DNA of 16,563 nt from Fidelibacterota bacterium (lineage in GTDB: Bacteria; Fidelibacterota; Marinisomatia; Marinisomatales; S15-B10). Made by a program: the position numbers and the translations under genes. Location: positions 1 to 16,563 of the forward strand of contig PBTS01000078.1 of assembly GCA_002729175.1 (NCBI GenBank), given 5' to 3'. Below, in pieces: positions 8,476 to 16,451 of this stretch (within the stretch, counting starts at the first letter, position 1; each line of letters begins with the position of its first letter). Under the pieces are notes generated by a model. That model was given only the letters and a program-made list of their open reading frames with translations, was not told where the DNA came from and searched no databases.

Positions 8476-9588
8476 ATGTATATCAATTTTTGGTATCCCG
8501 TTTGCTTAACCAATGAACTGGAAGATAAACCGATCAAGCGAAAAATACTTGGTGTTGAGTTTGTTGCTTTCAGGGACCAGAAAGGCATAGCCCACTGTCT
8601 TAGTAACGTCTGTGTTCATCGTGGAGGTTCTCTAGGTGATGGAAAATGCTTAAATAACGCAGTCGCCTGTCCATACCATGGTTGGCAATTTGATGGCGAT
8701 GGAAAATGTATTACCGTGCCATCTATTGGTTACAACGAAAAACCTCCAGCAAGAGCGAAGGTTGATAGTTATCCAGTGATTGAAAAATATGACATCATTT
8801 TTGCCTTTCTGGGTGATCTTTCCGAGGAAGAAAGACCAGGACTCTATGAAATTGAGGAATATGAAGCTGAGGGATGGCGTGCTAATGAGACTATTACCAT
8901 CGATATTGATTATAATTATGAACGCTCCATTGAAAATGGATTGGATCCGGCACACAATGAATTTGTCCATCCAACCCATGGATTCTCTGGTATAAAAAAT
9001 GATTACAAAGTTAACCCTACTAAAATATCTCAAACTCAATGGGGAGCAAATTTTTCTCAAGTCTTTGATGCTCCTCCTCTGGATAAGAAAACCTATGGTG
9101 AGACTGCAAGAGATGAGTCTGGTGAACTCGAAGTTTTAGGCGGATACCATGGTCCTAATGCTTTGATTACACAAATTCATACCAAAAAAGAAACTGGTTG
9201 GTTTCATCAATATTTTTTCGAAAAACCAATTGATGAGTTTCACACTCAGATATTTTTTGTCAACATGCGTAACTGGCTTATGGAGGAGTCTATGGATGCG
9301 ATGGTTACAGAGAGAAACCTTGCTATTGCCAAAGAAGACATTACGATTTTAAATGTCATTCAACCCGTTGTTACCCCTCCAACCATGAACAAAGAGATAT
9401 TGGTTCCATCAGATGCTGTTGTTGGCGAATACCGAAAAACACTGGCAGGATTCAAAAGCAAAGGATTTAAGATTGATACAAAAAAACTGAAAGAAGAGGA
9501 ACATCAAACCGCATATTCTGTTCCTTGCCCAGCTAGAAACACTGAGAAAAATTGGGTATTAGATCCTATTCCTCTGCTGAAGAACTAA
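8476..9588 (+). CDS. Rieske non-heme iron oxygenase alpha subunit, paralog 2
   Basis: CVHRGG...CPYHGW, ENGLDPAHNEFVH, KEDITIL; collinear with paralog 1 end to end; RBS AGGGGA at 8464-8469. Confidence 0.92.
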   Translation: MYINFWYPVCLTNELEDKPIKRKILGVEFVAFRDQKGIAHCLSNVCVHRGGSLGDGKCLNNAVACPYHGWQFDGDGKCITVPSIGYNEKPPARAKVDSYPVIEKYDIIFAFLGDLSEEERPGLYEIEEYEAEGWRANETITIDIDYNYERSIENGLDPAHNEFVHPTHGFSGIKNDYKVNPTKISQTQWGANFSQVFDAPPLDKKTYGETARDESGELEVLGGYHGPNALITQIHTKKETGWFHQYFFEKPIDEFHTQIFFVNMRNWLMEESMDAMVTERNLAIAKEDITILNVIQPVVTPPTMNKEILVPSDAVVGEYRKTLAGFKSKGFKIDTKKLKEEEHQTAYSVPCPARNTEKNWVLDPIPLLKN

Positions 9589-9596
9589 ATCAACAG

Positions 9597-11066
9597 TTAC
9601 ACCTTTGGCTCTGGAATAATTCCGGCTAGGACACGTGCCAATTCTTTTTTAAAGTCTAATTGCATTTGTTGTGCAATTCGAACCCTCTGTGCTTGTGGAG
9701 AGCCTGCACCGTGAAGAGATTCTGTTAAATATCCTACAGCATTGCGTCCCAATGTCATATTTTCAATGAGACGGAGTATGCGCACACGATCTTCAGGGTC
9801 AAGATCCGGTTTAGTCTTGAGATATTTCTGAATAATTTTACCCAATTCAGGATGTTTTAAATCCTTCTCAGATGGCATCGTTGCAACCAAACCCCCTGCT
9901 AGATCTTGTGCCAGTCTTCCGATTTCATAAGTCAATTTTGTTACATGATGTTTACAAACATTGGCCAACATATCATTAGGCATATAAACACCGGATGGCA
10001 TGGCTTCTGACTCCTGGCTGGAAGATATGCCAACCCCATAAATTGTTTCATTCAAATGTGTCATTTCCGTCAGCTTGTCTTTGACGTGTGATGCCTTGTC
10101 GACACCATTGTATTCAGCAATAGTAGCTGCGGCACCAATTAAAACATCCCCTACCCCTGATTTGCAGACATAACTTCTTCGATGATAACAAGTGAATCGT
10201 TCTACCAAAGGTGCAGCAAATTCATATTCACCATCTAGAAAAACAAACTCGTTCGGAATAAAAACATTTTCAAAAATAACCAATGCCTCTTGTCCAGAAA
10301 ATTTTTGATTGCCTGTATCAATCGTTGATTCTTCCATATGCCTGGTTTCACTCGATTGTCTGCCATATATATAAGTAATCCCTTTGGCATCAACCGGTAT
10401 GGCTCCAACAATAGCGTATGTTTTATCTTTTTCCGTTAATCTTAATGTTGGCATTACAATCAACCAATGCGAGTTGATGCACCCCGTTTGATGGGCTTTT
10501 GCTCCACGGATAAAAACTCCATCTTCATTGCGATCCACAACTCGGACGTAAAGATCAGGATCAGATTGCTGATGTGGCAATAAATTGCGATTCCCTTTGA
10601 CATCAGTCATTGCTCCACTGATAACAAACCCACCATGTTGCACCATGGTAAGAAAGGATAAAAATTTCTGGTGATAATCTGATTGATATTTTTGGTCCAT
10701 GTCATAGGTCACTGAATGCAGACTATTAATAGCATCCATTCCAACACATCTTTGAAAGCAAGTACCTGTTAGTTGACCTAATTTTCTCTGCATTTTGTTC
10801 TGCAAAATAAGATCGTCTGCATTCTCAGCAATATGTAGAAATCGATTAATCTTTTCGCCGGTATAAGGCGAAACAGAAGCAGCTAAATCTGGGTTTGTTT
10901 GTGCAAGATCGTAGGTTGCTGCTAACGCATTAATAGAAGGTCTAATGATGGGGTGTTCAACTGGATCATCGATCTGCTCGCCAAAGAGATATACAGAAAG
11001 CTCACGATTTCGCAAACTTTCAATATACTCTTGACCAGTTGTAATCGGTTTTCCCACACTCCACAT
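9597..11066 (-). CDS. abfD: 4-hydroxybutyryl-CoA dehydratase / vinylacetyl-CoA delta-isomerase (FAD and [4Fe-4S]; HpaB-fold superfamily). Probable true start is GTG 11057
   Basis: Cluster ligands TGTCFQRC and HRRSYVC; GAMTDxKG, GAKAHQTG, GQEAL, and C-terminal ESLHGAGSPQAQR typical of AbfD rather than HpaB. Confidence 0.9.
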   Translation of the reverse strand: MWSVGKPITTGQEYIESLRNRELSVYLFGEQIDDPVEHPIIRPSINALAATYDLAQTNPDLAASVSPYTGEKINRFLHIAENADDLILQNKMQRKLGQLTGTCFQRCVGMDAINSLHSVTYDMDQKYQSDYHQKFLSFLTMVQHGGFVISGAMTDVKGNRNLLPHQQSDPDLYVRVVDRNEDGVFIRGAKAHQTGCINSHWLIVMPTLRLTEKDKTYAIVGAIPVDAKGITYIYGRQSSETRHMEESTIDTGNQKFSGQEALVIFENVFIPNEFVFLDGEYEFAAPLVERFTCYHRRSYVCKSGVGDVLIGAAATIAEYNGVDKASHVKDKLTEMTHLNETIYGVGISSSQESEAMPSGVYMPNDMLANVCKHHVTKLTYEIGRLAQDLAGGLVATMPSEKDLKHPELGKIIQKYLKTKPDLDPEDRVRILRLIENMTLGRNAVGYLTESLHGAGSPQAQRVRIAQQMQLDFKKELARVLAGIIPEPKV

Positions 11067-11073
11067 TATAACA
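11065..11073 (-). promoter_or_regulatory. Perfect extended -10 (TGtTATAAT) for abfD
   Basis: Minus strand reads TGT-TATAAT-GTGGAGT-GTG. The in-frame GTG at 11057 lies 7 nt after the hexamer. Confidence 0.55.
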
Positions 11074-11199
11074 ATAAGATTATTTTATGCGTTTTTGCTT
11101 ACCTGTACCGGGCTGAATTATGTCATTCTCACTTCTCTTTTTGACTGCAAGATTCAATGAATGTGAATAATTAGGCCCAACTACAAACTCTGATATATA

Positions 11200-11208
11200 T
11201 GCTATAGT
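11200..11208 (+). promoter_or_regulatory. Extended -10 (TGcTATAGT) for the six-gene operon
   Basis: TGnTAnnnT about 35 nt upstream of ATG 11243, followed by RBS AGGAG at 11231-11235. Confidence 0.45.
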
Positions 11209-11242
11209 CTCAAATAATTTAATGTGTCCTAGGAGCAGCTTT

Positions 11243-12310
11243 ATGCCCTCAGAAAACAAAGAGAAAGATGCTATGGTCCGTGCAGATGGAACCTACTCCA
11301 CTGCTCCTTTAAAAAAAGACATGATCTCGATCGCCATTGCCCAAACCAGAGTCCAGGGTGTAGATGGAAAAAATCCTCCTAAAGGCATAAGAAAAAACTT
11401 GGACTACTTGCTGGAATGCATCGATATTACTCAAGGCTTTGGTGGTAGAAGTGATCTTATATGCTTTCATGAATTCCCCATCACCGGATTCAGTAATTGG
11501 TCTAAGGAAGAGCACTACAAAGTAGCCATCGAGGTCCCGGGAGTAGAAACTGAAGAAATAGGAAAAAAATGCAAAGAACACGGCTGCTATATTGTTTTCG
11601 GAACATACGCCAAGGATCCTGATTGGCCTGAACACATCCTACACTTAATGGTGATGATGGGCCCTGATGGTGATGTTGTTGCAAAACATTGGAAACAGAG
11701 AAATGTCCGTGGCCTATTTCCAGGATCAGAACAGTACACCAGTTCCATATATGATGTTTATGATCGTTTTATAGAAATGTATGGACAAGATCAGGTGATT
11801 CCTGTTGTTCAAACTGATATTGGAAACATCGCCATGTCGGCTGTTCAATTTGAACCTGAGTTATTTCGATGTATGGCCTTTAAGGGGGCTGAAATTATTT
11901 GCCGAGTTGCAACCGGTGGATTTGAATATGAGGATATGCGACTCACCTCCTACCATAACAGTCTGTATACATTAATTGCCAACAACTCAATCAATACTGG
12001 GGAACGCAACCCCGGTTTTTTTGACGATGCAAATTATGGAGGGCCAGGGCGTTCTGCGATATTTGGTCCTAGAGGCTTAGAAATAGCAAAGGCTGGGGTT
12101 TTTGAGACAAAAATAGCGGCTTCCATTCCAATCAAAGCCTTCAGAGAAAAACATCGAATTCCAGATTTGCATTTGAAATTATACCAACCTGTATTTGATC
12201 AATATCAGGAACGATATGATTCTGGACTGTATCTAAAAACCCTACCTAAAAATAAACAGGACGCATACAAAAAATTTCTGGAAAATGCTCGTTGGGTGCA
12301 TTACTGGTAA
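11243..12310 (+). CDS. Nitrilase/carbon-nitrogen hydrolase superfamily protein lacking the canonical Cys nucleophile
   Basis: DLICFHEFP (Glu), KHWK (Lys), PVVQTDIGNI..PELFR..AFKGAEII, GRSAIFGPRG. Start moved from 11222 to 11243 because of the AGGAG RBS 7 nt upstream. Confidence 0.85.
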   Translation: MPSENKEKDAMVRADGTYSTAPLKKDMISIAIAQTRVQGVDGKNPPKGIRKNLDYLLECIDITQGFGGRSDLICFHEFPITGFSNWSKEEHYKVAIEVPGVETEEIGKKCKEHGCYIVFGTYAKDPDWPEHILHLMVMMGPDGDVVAKHWKQRNVRGLFPGSEQYTSSIYDVYDRFIEMYGQDQVIPVVQTDIGNIAMSAVQFEPELFRCMAFKGAEIICRVATGGFEYEDMRLTSYHNSLYTLIANNSINTGERNPGFFDDANYGGPGRSAIFGPRGLEIAKAGVFETKIAASIPIKAFREKHRIPDLHLKLYQPVFDQYQERYDSGLYLKTLPKNKQDAYKKFLENARWVHYW

Positions 12311-12338
12311 ATGATTCATAGGCGATTCCTACTAGAGC

Positions 12339-13673
12339 ATGGAGAAAGATTTGAACAATAAATTCGGCCCAATACAATTGGCACCAGGAATCTCTCGGTT
12401 CAATGTCATTACATATTTCTACGCCTGCTTTATTTGTATTGGAGTACTGGCTGGAATGAACTTCATTCAAGGATATATACTCACGGAGAATCTTGCTATC
12501 CCGAAATCCAATCAAGGAACCATCAGTGGGGATTTAGCTTTTATTCAAGAAATTATAGCAATATTATTCGTTGCATTTTTTGGCATCCTAGCAGATCGGA
12601 TAGGCAGGCGATCAGTCATGGTTTTTGGAACGGTGGTTTCGGCCATTGGTTTTGCTTTGTATCCCTTCGCGACATCCACAGGTGAGTTGTTCGCGTATCG
12701 GGCCCTATTTGCTTTAGGTGCAGCTGCACTTGCCTCAACGATTGCAATCATCGTCAATGATTATCCTAAGGAACAATCAAGGGCTAAGTTTATTAGCATG
12801 CACTCGGTATTGAATGCCTTAGGTGTTGCTGTCTTCGCTTTTATACTGGGTCAACTTCCCAAATACTTTACCAACAACGGTCTCGATCCAGTTACATCTG
12901 GACGATATACAATGATCATTGTTGGAATTGTATTCCTGATTTCTGGACTGATTTTTCAACTGGGATTAAAAGGCGGAACTCCGGAAAAATTGAGTCAGAA
13001 ACCTTCTGTAAAAGAGCTGGTTACAGTCGGCATACAATCATTTAAGAACCCGAGAATCGCACTCTCGTTTGGGACAACGTTTCTGGCAAGAGCAGATGTT
13101 TCAGTTAATGGCATATTTATCTCACTATGGGCGATACAGAGTGGAGCAATGATGGGATTGTCTGCAGCCGATTCGATCCAACTAGTTGTCCGGGTTATTG
13201 TTGTAACCAATTTAGTGAGTATTGTTTGGGCTTTTATTTTTGGCGCAATACTTGACCGTATCAATCGGGTAAGCGGCATGATTGTGGCGATGACTTTGGG
13301 AACCATTGCCTATGGTTCTATGGCCTTGATCGATTCCCCATTGAATTATTCCAATCTACCCTTCTTTATTCTAGTTTCCTGCAGTGCCATTGGGACCGTC
13401 ATAGCCACAAGTAGCCTGATCGGGCAAGAAGCTCCTGCTAAACAACGGGGTTCGATTATAGGTATCAGCACGCTTTTTGGAGCAATAGGCATTCTAACAG
13501 CGACCGCTTTGGGGGGTCGACTATTTGATCAACTGGGACCTTCAGGTCCATTCCTTTTCATATGTGGAATGCATAGTGTGCTACTTTTGGCTACAATTAT
13601 TGTCAGAATAAGAGCCCCTGGTATGCTGTTTCAATCAAAATTACAACCTGACGAGGTGCATATAAATGATTAG
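12339..13673 (+). CDS. Major facilitator superfamily transporter
   Basis: About 12 TM segments; motif A GILADRIGRR and the C-terminal-half repeat GAILDRINR. Confidence 0.92.
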   Translation: MEKDLNNKFGPIQLAPGISRFNVITYFYACFICIGVLAGMNFIQGYILTENLAIPKSNQGTISGDLAFIQEIIAILFVAFFGILADRIGRRSVMVFGTVVSAIGFALYPFATSTGELFAYRALFALGAAALASTIAIIVNDYPKEQSRAKFISMHSVLNALGVAVFAFILGQLPKYFTNNGLDPVTSGRYTMIIVGIVFLISGLIFQLGLKGGTPEKLSQKPSVKELVTVGIQSFKNPRIALSFGTTFLARADVSVNGIFISLWAIQSGAMMGLSAADSIQLVVRVIVVTNLVSIVWAFIFGAILDRINRVSGMIVAMTLGTIAYGSMALIDSPLNYSNLPFFILVSCSAIGTVIATSSLIGQEAPAKQRGSIIGISTLFGAIGILTATALGGRLFDQLGPSGPFLFICGMHSVLLLATIIVRIRAPGMLFQSKLQPDEVHIND

Positions 13674-14451
13674 AAAAAAATATATTGATACTTCTGAGGG
13701 ACAGTGTCATATCCGCTTTGTTGAAGGTGAAGGCTTACCGATTGTTTTCCTGCATCAAGTTCCCAGTTCTTCAAGGATGTTTGAAGCAATAATGAATCAA
13801 CTTGGAAATGAACACTCCATGTATGCTATTGATACCCCCGGTTTCGGAGCAAGTTTTGACCCTGTCAATACCCCAACTATGAAAGAATATTGCGATTGGT
13901 TGCTACAAATTTTTGAAGCTCTCTCATTGGAAAAACTTCACCTCTTTGGCCACCACACAGGATCCTGTATGGCAGTCGAAATTGCCAATGAATACCCAAG
14001 TTTAATCTCCTCAATAACCATGATCGGTCCCTTTGCCGCAACGGTAGAAGAAAAAGAGGTCATGCGAGCATCTATGGGTGCAGATTGGAGTCCAGTCGAT
14101 GACGGCAGCCACTTGATGATGGCGTGGAATTTAGTGGGAGATATCCTTGGAGCAAGAGGCCACCTTGAACTGCACCACAGAGAAACGCTGGACACCTTGA
14201 GAGCTTATCATTCAGTACACCAAGCACACGAATCGGTTTGGGAGCAGGACTTCATAAGCCTTTTTAAGCAAATTGATTGCCCCATGCTGATAATGTGTGC
14301 CCCAGATGATGTTTTATATCCGTTTTTTAACGTAGCAAAAGAACTCAGACCAGATGCAACCTATAAAGAGATCAGTGGCAAGAATTATGAAACTGATTTA
14401 GACTCGGCAACGATTGTCGACACTTTTAAAACCTTTATGCAAAATCTTTAA
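13666..14451 (+). CDS. Alpha/beta hydrolase-fold protein with atypical GHHTG nucleophile elbow
   Basis: PIVFLHQVPSSS, AIDTPGFGAS, LFGHHTG, IDCPMLIM..DD. Overlaps the MFS gene by 8 nt, suggesting translational coupling. Confidence 0.85.
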   Translation: MIRKKYIDTSEGQCHIRFVEGEGLPIVFLHQVPSSSRMFEAIMNQLGNEHSMYAIDTPGFGASFDPVNTPTMKEYCDWLLQIFEALSLEKLHLFGHHTGSCMAVEIANEYPSLISSITMIGPFAATVEEKEVMRASMGADWSPVDDGSHLMMAWNLVGDILGARGHLELHHRETLDTLRAYHSVHQAHESVWEQDFISLFKQIDCPMLIMCAPDDVLYPFFNVAKELRPDATYKEISGKNYETDLDSATIVDTFKTFMQNL

Positions 14452-14453
14452 AC

Positions 14454-14975
14454 GTGGATCACTTACAAAAAACAACAGTAGCAGATAAGACATCCACGTT
14501 ATTAAGTTGGCTAATTCTTGTACTATTCATTGTGGTTTTCATCAACATGTCTGTGGCCCCTAGAGTTCCGATCGAATCACCTGAAAGGGCTTCGTTAAGA
14601 AGTTTTCATTTGGCAATTGCTTCCATCTTATTCGCATTTAGTTTTCTCAGGGTTTATATTTGGTGGCACTTCCCTCCTCAAAACAAACAACAAAAATTAC
14701 CACAAGAAGCTTTCAATCAATTGCATGTTCTTCAGTTTACTCTTTATTGTTCCTTCATTGCTCAGGGGCTTACCGGTGTGGTTACCGCTTGGTCTGACGG
14801 GTTGATACAATTTCAATCGAGCTCGGAATCTGTTAATCATGCTCTGTGGGTTTTTTCTGGTTATCTTCACAGTGTATTTGCATTTTTATATATCGCTATC
14901 ATCTTGTTTATTGTACTCATAGGTATTTATCATATGATCCGTTACCGGGTTTGGCGATTTAATATTTTCACTTGA
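14454..14975 (+). CDS. Cytochrome b561/Ni-hydrogenase cytochrome b-like four-helix membrane protein, divergent
   Basis: Four TM helices; H52-x13-R66, GLTG in helix 3, H139 and downstream YH160 follow CybB/YceJ-type spacing. GTG start 2 nt after the previous stop. Confidence 0.65.
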   Translation: MDHLQKTTVADKTSTLLSWLILVLFIVVFINMSVAPRVPIESPERASLRSFHLAIASILFAFSFLRVYIWWHFPPQNKQQKLPQEAFNQLHVLQFTLYCSFIAQGLTGVVTAWSDGLIQFQSSSESVNHALWVFSGYLHSVFAFLYIAIILFIVLIGIYHMIRYRVWRFNIFT

Positions 14976-14994
14976 TTATTAAGATGGGTAAGCA

Positions 14995-15522
14995 ATGAAA
15001 ATTGGCAAGAAAAAAGACTGGCTTTTGGTTTTAATTTTACTAGCAGTATCTTGTTATTTGCCCTACCTAATATTTGGTGCCTATCCATTGACCAATACAA
15101 CCAATGCCACCCCAGATGAGATTAAGCAATTAACTGCCAATCTGGATCTGCCAGATTATTATCTCAATGAACTACCAATGATCAGCGATGAACAAAAGCA
15201 AATGGAAGCAGATGCCTTTTCCAACTGGGATGGGGGCAAGTGTAGATTCTGTCATTCAATAAAAGCTAATGATAGAGATCGAATGGCTCCAAGTTTATAT
15301 CGTATTTTTGCTAAACCTGCAGGTATCTCTGACAATTTCACATATTCTGATGCACTCATCCAGATGAAAAATAACGGGTTGATCTGGACACCAGAGGCAT
15401 TGGATGCTTTCATGTCCAATCCTAAAGATTTTATTCCTGGAAATAGGATGAGAATGGAAGGAATTGAAGATCCAGATACAAGAAAATTAATTATTAATTA
15501 CATCATGCGTGAATCGCGTTAA
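14995..15522 (+). CDS. Membrane-anchored or exported class I cytochrome c (c2/CycM-like)
   Basis: N-terminal hydrophobic segment; CRFCH heme motif; APSL, FTYSDAL, GLIWTPEALDAF..NP..FIPGNRM (axial Met). Confidence 0.92.
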   Translation: MKIGKKKDWLLVLILLAVSCYLPYLIFGAYPLTNTTNATPDEIKQLTANLDLPDYYLNELPMISDEQKQMEADAFSNWDGGKCRFCHSIKANDRDRMAPSLYRIFAKPAGISDNFTYSDALIQMKNNGLIWTPEALDAFMSNPKDFIPGNRMRMEGIEDPDTRKLIINYIMRESR

Positions 15523-15535
15523 CAAGGAGAAAAGA

Positions 15536-16405
15536 ATGACCATTGAATTTGAACATGAAATAAATTTTCAATCCAATACATGGAACAGAGACGCCTGGGC
15601 TAGAATCCAGGGTGATTTAAACTCAGAGAATGAATCAATTAGTTATGTCAATGGCCAAATTCTTGGTGTTAAGCCTGGTGAGGCTGTAAAAGAATTGTGC
15701 GGATTTGAAACATTTTTGTGTACCCGACTGCTGCCTCAGCAAGAGGACGGTACGATTCGTCGATTAAATAAGGAGGTTATTTTCTACACCAATTCTCGAA
15801 GCGGTGAAATCATTCATGAATGGACCAATCCCTGGACAGAAGAAGTGGTTAATGTCGTTCACGTCGCCAATGATCCCTTTAATTATACGATCAGTGAGTG
15901 GCTGATCCTTGCTCCTGAAGATTTTCCAGGAAAGGAAAAACAACAGCCAATCAAAATTCCTCTGCTTTTCCCCTGGAGAATAATAGGTGATACCGTGGTT
16001 TTAAATACTGATATGCACCTTTATTATCCCAATGCGCTGCAACCTGATAAGTGGGTCAGAGAATCATCAGGTCCAATGGCTCAAGTCTCTGAAATGATGC
16101 GCTATTTTGTATCATTAGACGAATTACAAAATCCTGAATTAACTTCAGTGCACTACAATGGAACCTGGAGTCGCATAACACCCTGGCTACCTTGGATGTT
16201 AATGGGAGATACACCTGGTCATTGTGTATACGTTGGAGCCATGATTAAATCAAATTCAATCGATATCATTCCAAAGCATATCAGGCAATTCGCTGAAGAA
16301 AATTATCCACATATGCTCAGCGCCCCAACGGAAGATTACGGACCCAGCATTTCCAGTCTGGAATACTATGCAAGAGAACAAACTCCGGCACCTCCGCTTA
16401 AGTAA
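15536..16405 (+). CDS. DUF1838-like protein of unknown function
   Basis: Motifs WTNPWT, VVHVANDP, SEM..YF and WSRITPWLPWMLMG..PG, recalled as typical of DUF1838. Start moved from 15509 to ATG 15536 (AAGGAG at 15524-15529). No signal peptide. Confidence 0.7.
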   Translation: MTIEFEHEINFQSNTWNRDAWARIQGDLNSENESISYVNGQILGVKPGEAVKELCGFETFLCTRLLPQQEDGTIRRLNKEVIFYTNSRSGEIIHEWTNPWTEEVVNVVHVANDPFNYTISEWLILAPEDFPGKEKQQPIKIPLLFPWRIIGDTVVLNTDMHLYYPNALQPDKWVRESSGPMAQVSEMMRYFVSLDELQNPELTSVHYNGTWSRITPWLPWMLMGDTPGHCVYVGAMIKSNSIDIIPKHIRQFAEENYPHMLSAPTEDYGPSISSLEYYAREQTPAPPLK

Positions 16406-16451
16406 GAAAGTTAAAAAAAGTGCATTTTTTTATTAGGTTTAACCGGACGGT

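Noticed and set aside
7264..9588. Assigning the Rieske enzymes a specific identity (vanA, kshA, pheophorbide a oxygenase)
   Set aside because: Only the generic Rieske and mononuclear iron motifs are recognisable; the substrate cannot be inferred without phylogeny.
1..11066. mce plus abfD as evidence of a bacterial 3-hydroxypropionate/4-hydroxybutyrate carbon-fixation cycle
   Set aside because: Both enzymes are common in heterotrophic CoA metabolism, they are not co-operonic, and no carboxylase, mutase or reductase of the cycle is in the window.
9597..11066. Calling this gene hpaB (4-hydroxyphenylacetate 3-hydroxylase) because of the neighbouring oxygenases
   Set aside because: The Fe-S ligands CFQRC and HRRSYVC and the HGAGSPQAQ motif are AbfD features that HpaB lacks.
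3375..14805. Many short (60-136 aa) overlapping or antisense ORFs in the track
   Set aside because: They lie wholly or mostly within well-supported long CDSs, show no recognisable motifs, and look like shadow frames.
11243..14975. Pseudogenisation as the explanation for the missing catalytic residues
   Set aside because: All frames are full length and tightly coupled, the surrounding motifs are intact, and the heme-ligand losses are paired.
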